DNA of 64,000 nt from IMG/VR virus record IMGVR_UViG_3300028603_000034, positions 1 to 64,000 of that record; one strand, given 5' to 3'. A program made the position numbers and the translations under genes. Under the pieces are notes generated by a model that was not told the DNA's origin, searched no databases, and saw only the letters and a program-made list of their open reading frames with translations. Shown piece after piece: positions 1-9,956 of the stretch (the stretch's first letter is position 1; the number at the start of each line of letters is the position of its first letter). This stretch comes from a virus (taxonomy: Duplodnaviria; Caudoviricetes).

Positions 1-155
1 ATAAAATACTAATAGTCCTTACTTAGTCCTTATAAAATACTAATAGTCCTTACTTAGTCCTTATAAAATACTAATAGTCCTTACTTAGTCCTTATAAAAT
101 ACTAATAGTCCTTACTTAGTCCTTATAAAATACTAATAGTCCTTACTTAGTCCTT
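1..155. repeat. Perfect tandem array of a 31-bp unit (5 copies, possibly truncated by the window edge)
   Basis: ATAAAATACTAATAGTCCTTACTTAGTCCTT at 1, 32, 63, 94 and 125; no spacers; unit length not a multiple of 3. Confidence 0.97.
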
Positions 156-1218
156 ATATTGATTGTTATGCACTGCTACTTATAATATGATTCCTTATTG
201 GGATACATTTTAAGGTTACTGATTTTATCATCATTCCATTATACGAATAAGTGTTAGGTTTTTCATATTGATTGTGGTGAGTCATCCATATATATGGTTA
301 TTTGTGGATGTGCATTTGTTTATGTTTTTCATATTATTTTCCTATTGTTTATATAGAGAGAGGGTCACAGGTTGTTGTATTATTTAATATTAAAATTAGT
401 TCTATTAATTTTGTAATAAGATTTATATTTATCAATTGGTTATGTATTTTTAATTTTGTTTATTATGTTATCCTTTTCATTAATTCTAATATGAATCTTT
501 TTGAATATATGGATATTAGTAGCTGATTTAACCTCATCCATTATAGATGAATTAATATATGGATGTTATGATATATTTTAACATTGATTAGAGATTTGTA
601 TATTGATAAAGTTTTAATAATTTTATCTTCCGCCTTGTTATTCATTTTTTTAATCTTTCTTTTTCGATTATGGTTAGGTTATATATCGTTGATCTGATAT
701 TATCCCAGACGATATTATGAATAGGGAATATCAGTGGATTATATGATTGTTTTTTATGGATGGTTATTTAGTTTTATGTTATTCATAATCAATCATTTAT
801 TAGAATATGTTGGGTGTTCAATAACATTATCAATAATATCTTTGTTTGGAATAATCAATACTTCTTTGGTATTCATATCAAGAAATTTCATACAAAGATC
901 ATTTCTAATATTAATAAATCCAGTGAATGCATATTTTGTCTTATTCTTTTTAGACAACAAATTAATAATGGTTGGTAATACTTCATTTGTTGATTGCATA
1001 ACAAATCCTTGTTATCTATTTACGATTGCATTTTTTCCGACGAGTCAATAATTTCTATTACCGAAAATGGGCCCGTTTGTTTAATAATATCATCCCTTAA
1101 ACACCTAAAAATTAAATCATTATTATAGGATGAACTAAATATAGAATCATCTATTGGAATAGAAATCAAATTATCTATCACATCAAACACCGGTTTGAAA
1201 TTTATTATGGTTGAATAA

Positions 1219-1623
1219 TTACCCATCGTTAATTTTCTTTAATTTCATAATAGTTGGGTCAATATCATCAAGTTTTATCAAACATTCATCCCCTTCATAT
1301 ATTTTAAGAAGACCGAGGAGACCAAGATATTTTGATATTACTGCTTCTCTAAAATCATATTTTTTATCAAACATTTTAAACATCATAGAATCTGGATCAA
1401 TTGCAGATAAAAAATCCAATAGAAATTTTCCAACATCTTTTACGTCCATTAGACTACAAACAGCATCATTTAACAAATTAATAATATGTGAAGTGTTTAC
1501 ATATTCCTCGGATATACCCGATCTATGAGCAACTATTTTCTTTAGATCAGATATGGTGTCCGTAGTCTCAAACCATCCTTTAGAATAATAAACCAATTGA
1601 GAATATGATCCTGCAATTTTCAT
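1219..1623 (-). CDS. Hypothetical phage protein
   Basis: 134-aa ORF with AAGGAG RBS, directly downstream of the promoter at 1656-1684. Confidence 0.7.
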   Translation of the reverse strand: MKIAGSYSQLVYYSKGWFETTDTISDLKKIVAHRSGISEEYVNTSHIINLLNDAVCSLMDVKDVGKFLLDFLSAIDPDSMMFKMFDKKYDFREAVISKYLGLLGLLKIYEGDECLIKLDDIDPTIMKLKKINDG

Positions 1624-1655
1624 TTGAACTCCTTATTCAAAATATCAACAATTAT

Positions 1656-1684
1656 AATATAGATTATGCAAATAATGAAGTCAA
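1656..1684 (-). promoter_or_regulatory. Sigma70-like early promoter TTGACT-N17-TATATT
   Basis: Exact hexamers and 17-nt spacer; one of 8 copies with identical hexamers, each just upstream of a minus-strand ORF. Confidence 0.8.
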
Positions 1685-1842
1685 GTCTTTTTTAAATTAA
1701 TCTTCCGAACATAAAACCAATCAAGATCATCGTAATATTGAATTTTAATATTATTTAAACAAACATCATATTTGGATAATAATTCATTCTCGATGATGTT
1801 TGTTTTTCTATAATAGTAATTGGATTTTTTCTAAAAGGAAGT

Positions 1843-2188
1843 TCATTTTATATCAACATCCACGTTTATTTCATACTCCATTTTTCTTTTGTTCTCGGTA
1901 TCATATACAGAATGAATCTCCCAACCAGAACCATCAGGATAACGATACCAATCTATAATATATTTTCTTAGAGAATCTATTGAGTCAAATCCTTTTGCAT
2001 CCCATTCATTCTCATAGATAGTAGTTACAATCTCCTCATTTTCTTAAATCAATTATATATTTATATTCGGATGGAATGTATTTCCTATTGTTTATTTTTT
2101 TATTATTATTATTATTTGATTCAGGAATTTCTTCTTGTGATTTTTGTGAACTATGACTTTTTTTAGGTTTTCTGCCATATTGAATCAT
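1843..2188 (-). pseudogene. Frameshifted hypothetical ORF (MIQYGRKPK...EINVDVDIK)
   Basis: Two abutting frames join if one base is removed from the T run at 2039-2042. Confidence 0.55.
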
Positions 2189-2434
2189 AATTGAACTCCT
2201 TACTGAATTGATAGGGTTTTTAACATAGGAACTAGATTTGTAAATCTATTCTCTGATTTTATATTACCATATAAAATAAGAAGAGGCATTGTATATCTCT
2301 TCATTCAATTTGATTTCGATCTTCTTATCTAAGTCAGACTTCATCACAATATTGTCTAATGTCTTAGTAATATTCATAGTTACAATAAAAATTCCCCTCT
2401 TTAATTTGTTCAATAAATTCTTTTGAATCTTGAA

Positions 2435-2785
2435 TTAGTTTCCAATATGTTTCCATATTTGTTCTCCCTCTTCCTTATGTAGTTCTTTTAAATATTCTAA
2501 TCTTTCCTTTTGTTCCCAAATTGGTAAGTTTTTAACATTTTTAATTTCCAATTCAAACAAATCTATAATTAATGTTTTAATAGAATTAACATTTTTTGAT
2601 ACTGAACAAATCGATATCCAACAATCATATTCCCAAAATAGGAATTTCTTTTTCTTTTTTCTTTGTAACACATAATGCAAAAAATCAAAATAACTATCGT
2701 ATTCTGCATCATAATAATCGTATTTTGCAATAATTCTAGTATTATCACTTAGTAGAATCACTAAATCCTCCATCCATAATATCAT
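2435..2785 (-). CDS. Hypothetical protein
   Basis: 116-aa ORF on the coding strand with normal composition. Confidence 0.6.
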   Translation of the reverse strand: MILWMEDLVILLSDNTRIIAKYDYYDAEYDSYFDFLHYVLQRKKKKKFLFWEYDCWISICSVSKNVNSIKTLIIDLFELEIKNVKNLPIWEQKERLEYLKELHKEEGEQIWKHIGN

Positions 2786-3063
2786 TTATTTTTTGAATCT
2801 TGTTTCTTATCCAAGACCAACCACCAATACTTTACAGAATATTTTTTTAGGAGGAGGTGGCGGTGGAGGTGGCGGTGGTTGTACCTGAGCAGGAGGATTT
2901 AAGCCTCTTGTCGAGTTTACACCATCATTGTGGTTACGATTAACATCTTCATTTAATGGTTGTTTCGGTGCATTGGTTGACATCTTGAGCCTCCTTGGTT
3001 GCATTGTTATACAAATCATAAATAGGTTTATTATTGTCATTAATTATATGCAAGACATATTGT

Positions 3064-3263
3064 TTATAGAACTCTAATGTTTGCTTCAACATAATCAAAC
3101 TCCTCACCTTTTTTGATATAAAGTTCTATCTCTATTAAAGTCTTATTTGTTTCTGTTCTTAAATAATAAATCTTTATACTTTTCCTTTTTTAAATACAAG
3201 ATAGTATTATAAAGAATCTGTAATATCAATCATATCTTTATGTTCTGGTGTTATTACTCTCAT
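3064..3263 (-). pseudogene. Disrupted small ORF (MRVITPEHKD...)
   Basis: ATGA-coupled start, in-frame TAA at 3207-3209 (codon 19), and a later frameshift. Confidence 0.5.
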
Positions 3264-3505
3264 AATTTACCCTCACAACATTTTTTGAATTTTTTATTTG
3301 ATCCACACATACAAGGATCGTTTCTACCTATTTTATCAAGAAACACTTCTTTTAACTTACCATTGATTGTTTCAAAGACTCTTGTGTTTGAAACAATCGC
3401 AGGAGTTCTTTTATGAACAACATCTAATATTTGTTCTGCAAATTCTTTATCGATCTCTTCTATTGGAATTGGTTTACTCATACTTATACCTACAATCTCC
3501 ACCAA
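3260..3505 (-). CDS. SEC-C motif (zinc-binding) protein
   Basis: C-terminal KIGRNDPCMCGSNKKFKKCC. Confidence 0.85.
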   Translation of the reverse strand: MVEIVGISMSKPIPIEEIDKEFAEQILDVVHKRTPAIVSNTRVFETINGKLKEVFLDKIGRNDPCMCGSNKKFKKCCEGKL

Positions 3506-3517
3506 AATTACAACGAT

Positions 3518-3764
3518 TCAATTTTTACATCCTTTGTTTGGTGAAAATATACTAATCACTAATTTTAATACGAATGCAATAACACCAACACACACGATTG
3601 CAATAGAAACAAATCCATATTTAATAATTAATTTTAGAATCTTATTAATACGTAATTCAATTCTATTAGCAATTTCGTTCAAAAAAGAAATTGAATTAAT
3701 TATTTGATCTAATGATTTTTCAAATTCATTAGCTGGTTTGGTATGAAAAGCCTCACCTTTCATA
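3518..3764 (-). CDS. Small membrane protein (likely start MKGEAF at 3764)
   Basis: C-terminal hydrophobic segment FVSIAIVCVGVIAFVLKLVISIF. Confidence 0.55.
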
Positions 3765-4280
3765 TTATATATTCTCCCATGCAAGTGGTAAATGTTTAAT
3801 AAGTGGATTGTCCACCTCGGTATACAAAGCAATTGCAGTCACATGATCATTTAAATCCGGTCCATTAAATTTTGAAATTTTGTACCCTTGTCCCTGAAGT
3901 TTGTAATACAAACTCACCAACGCTTTAAGATTCCGTGCTTTCAGAAAAATCAAATATTTATTCTTCCATTCTAACAAGTCAAGTGAAACCCAATCATCCC
4001 ACTCCCCGGTGTTGTCGTGCCTGCTTCGCATTTGAAATATGTTTGTGTTTGCACTGTGATAGCCCAAAGCTAATTGAAAATTTCTTGGGAAGTCTCCAGC
4101 ACTCATGGAACCGGGGAAATTTACATCGGGATTATCTATTAATAATTGAGCTAAAGCGTGAGCCCCTTGTACCATTCGATACTCTGTTGATAAATCCCCT
4201 CTTACTATCACATACATTCGTTTAGGTGAAGACTTTTTCTTAAAAGGTTTTGAAAACAAAAACATATTAGACTCCTTCAT
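3765..4280 (-). CDS. Peptidyl-tRNA hydrolase II-like phage protein with an in-frame ~51-aa insertion
   Basis: MYVIVRGDL...VQGAHALAQ, WKNKYLIFL and PDL...TAIAL match the phage PTH2-like pattern; extra GC-richer segment at ~3972-4124. Confidence 0.65.
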   Translation of the reverse strand: MKESNMFLFSKPFKKKSSPKRMYVIVRGDLSTEYRMVQGAHALAQLLIDNPDVNFPGSMSAGDFPRNFQLALGYHSANTNIFQMRSRHDNTGEWDDWVSLDLLEWKNKYLIFLKARNLKALVSLYYKLQGQGYKISKFNGPDLNDHVTAIALYTEVDNPLIKHLPLAWENI

Positions 4281-4325
4281 TTTTATTAATTTTTTTCTGT
4301 AAATGTATTCGAGAAAAAGATGATC

Positions 4326-4511
4326 TCATTTCCAACGGGTAATATATTTTAGGTGTTCTTGTGCATTATAATTACGAAAAAATTCATAAAGATGATCTTG
4401 TTTATTAATTATATCGATTAAATGATAGACGTCTGCATTTGTATTATCGAATATTTTTTCAAGGATAGAACCAAAAACAAAATTATATAAACAATCATTT
4501 AAATTTTTCAC
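4326..4511 (-). CDS. Hypothetical protein
   Basis: 61-aa ORF translationally coupled to 4508..4816. Confidence 0.5.
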   Translation of the reverse strand: MKNLNDCLYNFVFGSILEKIFDNTNADVYHLIDIINKQDHLYEFFRNYNAQEHLKYITRWK

Positions 4512-4816
4512 TCGTGCAACCTTTCATATAAATATAACAAATCGTGTATTTTATTATTACCATAATTGATATTAGCATATACTATTGATTCTATGTTATT
4601 AGAACTTTCATAGAAAATTTCACGATAAATAGAATCGGATAAATTATCTAGTGACTGTATATTTTTTCGACCATATTCAAAAATTCTCTCTTTACAATCT
4701 TTACATCTGGTAATTAAGTCTTTATAATAATCAATATACGATACATCTGGCATTAGATATGGTGATTTGTGGTTCATATTTCGAGATATCATCTCTTGTG
4801 CTAATTCGTTGTGCAA
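4508..4816 (-). CDS. Hypothetical protein
   Basis: 102-aa ORF on the coding strand. Confidence 0.55.
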   Translation of the reverse strand: MHNELAQEMISRNMNHKSPYLMPDVSYIDYYKDLITRCKDCKERIFEYGRKNIQSLDNLSDSIYREIFYESSNNIESIVYANINYGNNKIHDLLYLYERLHE

Positions 4817-4955
4817 ATTTGCACAACAAGAAAAAATCTTCCTAATACAGAATATTTTTTAACAAAAACGTGATGGTGTTTGTGAATTTCACCGTGTTCT
4901 CCAATTAGATGTTTATTACAAAGACATAAAAGATTTACCATCCACATTCTCATAA

Positions 4956-5615
4956 TTAATAATTCTTATTTTTACAGTCATCACATTTCTTAACCAGCGA
5001 CAAGCCATAATTTATGATTTTTGTATAAGTCGCCACATAAGCCTCATCCGTCGCACGAGACGCACTAGCCACATCAGCCGCCGCATCAGCCGCCGCACAA
5101 GCTGCATCATAAGCCGCATCAGTCGCCGCACGAGCCGCCGCATCCGCCGCACGAACCGCCGCATCACGAGCCGCATAAGCCGCACGAGCCGACGCATAAG
5201 CAGCCTCAGCACGAGCCACACAAGCTGCTGCATGAGCAGCATGAGCATCATCCGCACAAGCATCATCCGCCACACGAGTTGCATAAACCAACTCATGAGC
5301 CACCGCAACATCTTTATTAGATAAATATTCTCGTGCTGTCTCGATTGCGTTCCGAGGCCGATTGTCATTTGGGTACTCTTTTTCAAAAATGTCAAGCACT
5401 AATTCAGCTGCAAAAATAGCGTAGCGAATTTTATCGTCGAGCGGCAAGACACGACTTAATAACCAGTTTGACCATCCAAACTTCTTATGCTCATCTGATG
5501 ATAGTAATTTTTCAATGGTTTCTTCAACTGAGTCAGGTTCTCCGTTCGAAGTGTACCACAGCATACCTTTATTGCAAGCTCCGTAATTCTCTAAAACCTG
5601 TTTTGTTAAAAACAT
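4956..5615 (-). CDS. Imm5-like domain protein with Ala-rich variable core, paralogue 1
   Basis: RYAIFAAELVLDIFEKEYPNDNRPRNAIETAREYL resembles the Imm5-like helical motif; flanks conserved with three neighbours. Confidence 0.7.
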   Translation of the reverse strand: MFLTKQVLENYGACNKGMLWYTSNGEPDSVEETIEKLLSSDEHKKFGWSNWLLSRVLPLDDKIRYAIFAAELVLDIFEKEYPNDNRPRNAIETAREYLSNKDVAVAHELVYATRVADDACADDAHAAHAAACVARAEAAYASARAAYAARDAAVRAADAAARAATDAAYDAACAAADAAADVASASRATDEAYVATYTKIINYGLSLVKKCDDCKNKNY

Positions 5616-5647
5616 TATTCCCCCTTGTTATGTTTTTGACTTCAATT

Positions 5648-6358
5648 TTAATCTTGTGGTTTGCAACAACAGTCATCACATTTCTTAACCAGTGACAAGC
5701 CGTAATTTATGATTTTTGTATAAGTCGACACATAAGCCTCATCAGCCGCACGAGCCACCTCACCCGCCACATTATCAGCATCATCAGCACGATCCTCATA
5801 AACTGCATAAACCGCATCAACCACTGCATAATACGCATAATCCGCCGCATTATCAGCATCATCAGCACAAGCAGCACGAGCCGCACGAGTTGCCTCACAA
5901 GCCGCACGATCCGCATAAGTCGCTGCATCAGCATAAGTCTCACGATCCGCATAAGCAGCCGCACGCTCTGCATAATCTGCATAACCCGCAGCAGTACCAT
6001 CTTTATTAGATAAATATTCTCGTGCTGACTTGATTGCGTTCCGTGGACGTTTATCTTCTGGAAACTCTTTTTCAAAAATGTCAAGCGCTAATTCCGCGGC
6101 AAAAATAGCGTATCGAATTTTATCGTCGAGCGGCAAGACACGACTTAGTAACCAGTTCGACCAGTCATGACTGGTCGAACTGCAGTTCGACCAGTCAAAC
6201 CTCTTCTCATGCCCGTTTAAGGCCAAAAGTTTAGCTTTTGGTGCCAAAAGTTTTTCAATAGTTTCTTCAACTGAGGCAGGTTCTCCGTTCGAAGTGTACC
6301 ACAGCATACCCCTATCGCAAGCTCTGTGATTCTCTAAAATCTGTTTTGTTAAAAGCAT
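5648..6358 (-). CDS. Imm5-like domain protein, paralogue 2
   Basis: Same N-terminus (MLLTKQILEN..C..GM.WY) and C-terminus (YTKIINYGLSL..KCD); different core. Confidence 0.7.
   Translation of the reverse strand: MLLTKQILENHRACDRGMLWYTSNGEPASVEETIEKLLAPKAKLLALNGHEKRFDWSNCSSTSHDWSNWLLSRVLPLDDKIRYAIFAAELALDIFEKEFPEDKRPRNAIKSAREYLSNKDGTAAGYADYAERAAAYADRETYADAATYADRAACEATRAARAACADDADNAADYAYYAVVDAVYAVYEDRADDADNVAGEVARAADEAYVSTYTKIINYGLSLVKKCDDCCCKPQD
6153..6197. repeat. Tandem inversion triplication (unit / reverse complement / unit) of a 15-bp sequence
   Basis: CAGTTCGACCAGTCA-TGACTGGTCGAACTG-CAGTTCGACCAGTCA; paralogue 4 has a single unit near 7741. Confidence 0.92.
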
Positions 6359-6420
6359 TATTTCTCCTTTTTAGGTTTGGGTTTATTGTTTGTAAAATCA
6401 GAACCATTAACTACATTATT

Positions 6421-6449
6421 AATATAATAAAACTTTGTGACATGTGCAA
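6421..6449 (-). promoter_or_regulatory. Promoter TTGCAC-N17-TATATT upstream of paralogue 2
   Basis: Same -10 and spacing as the early promoter family; duplicated at 7179-7207. Confidence 0.65.
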
Positions 6450-6474
6450 GAAAAAAATTACTTTGACTTCAATT

Positions 6475-7122
6475 TTAATCTTGTGTTTTGCAACAATGGA
6501 CATCACATTTCCCAATCAATGACAAACCATAATTTATGATTTTTGTATAAGCCACCGCATAATCCTCATCCGCCTCATCCGCCACACGAACCGCATCAGC
6601 CGCATAATCCGCCGCACAAGCTGCCGCATCAGCCGCCACATAATCCACATAATGCGCACAAGTCGTATAAGTCGCATCAGCCGCCGCACGAGCCACATAA
6701 GCAGCCGCATCACGAGCCGCATAAGCAGCCACATCAGCCGCATCACGAGCCGCTTCATAAGCCGCCTCATCAGCCGCACCAGCTGCATCATAAGCAGCAC
6801 CAGCAGCCGCCGCATCTTTATGCGATAAATAGACTCGCGTTGCCTCGATTGCGTTTCGCGGACGTTTGTCTTCTGGAAACTCTTTTTCAAAAATGTCAAG
6901 TACTAATTCAGCAGCAAAAATAGCGTACCTAATTTTATCATCTACCGGCAAGACACGACTTAGTAACCAGTTTGACCACTCAAACTTTTCACACTCATCT
7001 GAGTCCAAAAGTTTTTCAATGGTTTCTTCAACTGAGGCAGGTTCTCCGTTCGAAGTGTACCACAGCATACCTTCATAGCAAGCTCCGTAATTCTCTAAAA
7101 CCTGTTTTGTTAATTCCATCAT
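6475..7122 (-). CDS. Imm5-like domain protein, paralogue 3
   Basis: Conserved flanks; Ala/Asp/Tyr-rich variable core. Confidence 0.7.
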   Translation of the reverse strand: MMELTKQVLENYGACYEGMLWYTSNGEPASVEETIEKLLDSDECEKFEWSNWLLSRVLPVDDKIRYAIFAAELVLDIFEKEFPEDKRPRNAIEATRVYLSHKDAAAAGAAYDAAGAADEAAYEAARDAADVAAYAARDAAAYVARAAADATYTTCAHYVDYVAADAAACAADYAADAVRVADEADEDYAVAYTKIINYGLSLIGKCDVHCCKTQD

Positions 7123-7178
7123 TCCCTCTTTTTAGGTTTGGGTTTATTGTTTGTAAAATCATAACGCTAACAATACTA

Positions 7179-7207
7179 AATATAACACTTTTTTGTGACA
7201 TGTGCAA
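7179..7207 (-). promoter_or_regulatory. Promoter TTGCAC-N17-TATATT upstream of paralogue 3
   Basis: Copy of the intergenic unit at 6421-6449. Confidence 0.65.
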
Positions 7208-7232
7208 GAAAAAAATTACTTTGACTTTAATT

Positions 7233-7931
7233 TTAATCTTGTGTTTCGCAACAACGGTCATCACATTTCTCAATCAATGACAAGCCGTAATTTATGATTT
7301 TTGTATAAGTCACAACATAAGCCTCATCCGTCTCACGAGACGCACGAGCCGCATCACGAGCCGCAGCATAAACCGCATTCACCACCGCACAAGTCACCGC
7401 ATAATCCTCATCCGTCACACAAGCCGCACGAGCCGCATCACAAGCCGCACGAGCAGCATCACGAGCCGCACAAGCTGCCGCGCAAGCCGACGCATGACCC
7501 ACACGACCCACCACACGAGCCACCGTCACACAAACCGCACGAGCCGCACGATCCGCCGCCTCATTCACCTCATCCGCCACCACATCATCTTTATTCGATA
7601 AATATTCTCGTGCTGCCTCGATTGCGTTTCGCGGACGTTTGTCTTCTGGAAACTCTTTTTCAAAAATGTCAAGTACTAATTCAGCAGCAAAAATAGCGTA
7701 CCTAATTTTATCATCTACCGGTAAGACGTGACTTAGTAACCAGTTCGACCAGTCAAACCTCTTTGACCAGACAAATTTCTCATGCTCGTTTAAGGCCAAA
7801 AGTTTAGCTTTTGGTGCCAAAAGTTTTTCAATAGTTTCTTCAACAGATGCTGGTTCGTCGTTTGAGATGTACCAATACATACCCTCACCACAAGCTCCAT
7901 GATTCTCTAAAATCTGTTTTGTTAAAAGCAT
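7233..7931 (-). CDS. Imm5-like domain protein, paralogue 4 (likely start MLLTKQ at 7931)
   Basis: Conserved flanks; the ATG at 7931 aligns with the starts of the other paralogues. Confidence 0.7.
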   Translation of the reverse strand: MLLTKQILENHGACGEGMYWYISNDEPASVEETIEKLLAPKAKLLALNEHEKFVWSKRFDWSNWLLSHVLPVDDKIRYAIFAAELVLDIFEKEFPEDKRPRNAIEAAREYLSNKDDVVADEVNEAADRAARAVCVTVARVVGRVGHASACAAACAARDAARAACDAARAACVTDEDYAVTCAVVNAVYAAARDAARASRETDEAYVVTYTKIINYGLSLIEKCDDRCCETQD

Positions 7932-7987
7932 TTTTTTCCCACTCTTTTTTAAAGTTATACCCTCAATATAATTAATTATACTTAACC

Positions 7988-8647
7988 TCAAGATTCTGCA
8001 ATCAATCGGTTTTCATCAAATCCAGACATAAGAGAATGCGCCTCTTTGCAAGTCTTTGCTTCCCTTGGAGCAGACATATTATATGTTCTCTTAGTCGATC
8101 CATCTGAACCAATCAACCATTTCTGACCATTAGTATCTTCTACCAAAATCCTAGTAGCAGAACCATTAAGAGACAGAAAATCCATATCAAGAATTTTTGC
8201 ACCAGTATCAACAAGGTATTTAGATAGTCCATATCGTTCAATCATTATACGAGATACTTCAGCATATCCTTCCTGTTGTATCATATCAGTAGTAATTTTC
8301 TCAGGAGTCATTACAATTAATTTAGATACAATATGACCATCAATAGCATAAATCTCAAATCCATCTCTGTATCTAATAGCAGGTCCATCTTCACAATGAA
8401 CTTCACCATTATCATTCAAACTTATTTTTTCTGGTCTATCACAAATAACCGCAAACGTATCATATACATAATGGAATCCCGAATTGTCACAAAGTCTTTT
8501 CATAATATCAAGACCCTTACGTGCTTTGTCATCAATCTCCAATTTAAGAATATCGATATAATATTGATAAGTATAAATCCAAGTGACCAAAGGTGATAGG
8601 GTCACCAGAAAAAGCATAACACGCAACCATTTTAATTCTCCTAACAA
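7988..8647 (-). CDS. DUF6745-like phage protein
   Basis: CDRPEKI...HCEDGPAIRYRDGFEIYAIDG and DGST...Y...AP pattern typical of this phage family. Confidence 0.6.
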   Translation of the reverse strand: MLGELKWLRVMLFLVTLSPLVTWIYTYQYYIDILKLEIDDKARKGLDIMKRLCDNSGFHYVYDTFAVICDRPEKISLNDNGEVHCEDGPAIRYRDGFEIYAIDGHIVSKLIVMTPEKITTDMIQQEGYAEVSRIMIERYGLSKYLVDTGAKILDMDFLSLNGSATRILVEDTNGQKWLIGSDGSTKRTYNMSAPREAKTCKEAHSLMSGFDENRLIAES

Positions 8648-9942
8648 GATTTTAAGTTAATTACTGGAACAATTCTATTCAATATCTTTGCTGTTGGTTT
8701 AATTGCCTCTTCAATGATTGAAGAATCCTTATACGCATCCGGAGCTTCATCCAAAGTAGAAACACATACCGACGTTGAATATACATTCTTCATCTGTTCC
8801 TTAAAGGTTTCAAGATCGATGTTCTTCTTTGCCTTTGACCTGCTCATTATTCGTCCAGCACCGTGAGGAGCAGAATTGTTCCACTCTTCATTGGAATAAC
8901 CTTCACAAATCAATATACCATCCCTCATATTAAAAGGAAGAACAAATCTCTCACCAACATAAGACCGGATTGCTCCCTTACGAATAGTCATATCCTTAAA
9001 ATCAACGAAATTATGTTTTGTCTCAATCCAATCAATAGCATCAACATTTAGAATATCCAATATTATTTTTGCCATAACTCCTCGGTTGACATCAGCATAC
9101 TTCTGTGCAAATATCATATCAAAGAAATATCCTGAAGCCTCAGTACCTTCCAAATACTCCAATCCATTAATGTCAATTTTATAATTGTATTTTTCTTTGA
9201 TCTCCTTTATTTTGTTGTATAATTCCTTCCCCGAATAGGTAGACTTTGCTTCCTCGATCTCATTCAATTTATTATCTGAATGATTATTTTTAAACTTCTT
9301 AGTTGCAATGTTCTGCCAATATTCACATATACACTTACCAAAATTTCGAGAACCAGAATGAATAGTAATCCAATAATCTCCATTTAAGTCCTTCCCAATC
9401 TCAATGAAATGGTTTCCACCACCCAATGTACCAATACTTGTTATTGCTCGGTTTAATGATATGCCTATCTCTTTACACTTATTCTCAAACCAATACATTG
9501 AATAAGTAGGTGGAGAAATTTCTTTATTAAATTTCTCATTATATGCCATCATAAAATTATGAGCAGATGCTTTAACTTCTTTCCAAGGGAAATTGTTCTT
9601 TACATCAAATACTGATTTCTTATGGTAATTCATCCCCATTGGTATTTTAGAACGAATCTTTCTTTCCAAGTCCTCTTTTGACATTGGAAGTTCTTTACCA
9701 ATATTAAAAGATAATACTCCACAATTAATATCAACCCCAATAGTATTAGGAATTATCTTGTCTCCCATTGGCATTGATAGTCCTATTACCGCTCCCTTTC
9801 CTACATGACAATCTGGCATTATTGCAATGGGATTAGTGAAAGCAGGATGATTTATAAATGTAGTAATCTGCTTAATACACTCGGATTCTACATTATCGAT
9901 CATTATCTTTGCAGTAGTATATTTACCATTTAATTCTATCAT
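8641..9942 (-). CDS. rtcB: RtcB-family RNA 3'-5' ligase
   Basis: MPDCHVG, GVDINCG, GTLGGGNHFIE, IHSGSR, KHN, HGAGR and DEAPDAYK motifs. Confidence 0.95.
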   Translation of the reverse strand: MIELNGKYTTAKIMIDNVESECIKQITTFINHPAFTNPIAIMPDCHVGKGAVIGLSMPMGDKIIPNTIGVDINCGVLSFNIGKELPMSKEDLERKIRSKIPMGMNYHKKSVFDVKNNFPWKEVKASAHNFMMAYNEKFNKEISPPTYSMYWFENKCKEIGISLNRAITSIGTLGGGNHFIEIGKDLNGDYWITIHSGSRNFGKCICEYWQNIATKKFKNNHSDNKLNEIEEAKSTYSGKELYNKIKEIKEKYNYKIDINGLEYLEGTEASGYFFDMIFAQKYADVNRGVMAKIILDILNVDAIDWIETKHNFVDFKDMTIRKGAIRSYVGERFVLPFNMRDGILICEGYSNEEWNNSAPHGAGRIMSRSKAKKNIDLETFKEQMKNVYSTSVCVSTLDEAPDAYKDSSIIEEAIKPTAKILNRIVPVINLKSC

Positions 9943-9956
9943 TTTAATATTCTTTA

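Noticed and set aside
1-155. CRISPR array
   Set aside because: Repeats abut with no spacers; no cas genes
5012-6899. Arg/Met/Leu-rich overlapping minus-strand ORFs in three paralogues
   Set aside because: Alternative frame of the same low-complexity codons; the equivalent frame in paralogue 4 hits TGA early
5716-7696. His/Pro/Gln/Lys-rich plus-strand ORFs opposite the Imm5-like cores
   Set aside because: They are the antisense reading of Ala/Asp/Tyr/Arg codons, confined to the repetitive cores, with no RBS or promoter; shadow ORFs
4956-7931. Diversity-generating retroelement as the cause of the variable cores
   Set aside because: No reverse transcriptase or TR/VR pair in the window; differences are indels and motif shuffling, not adenine-specific substitutions
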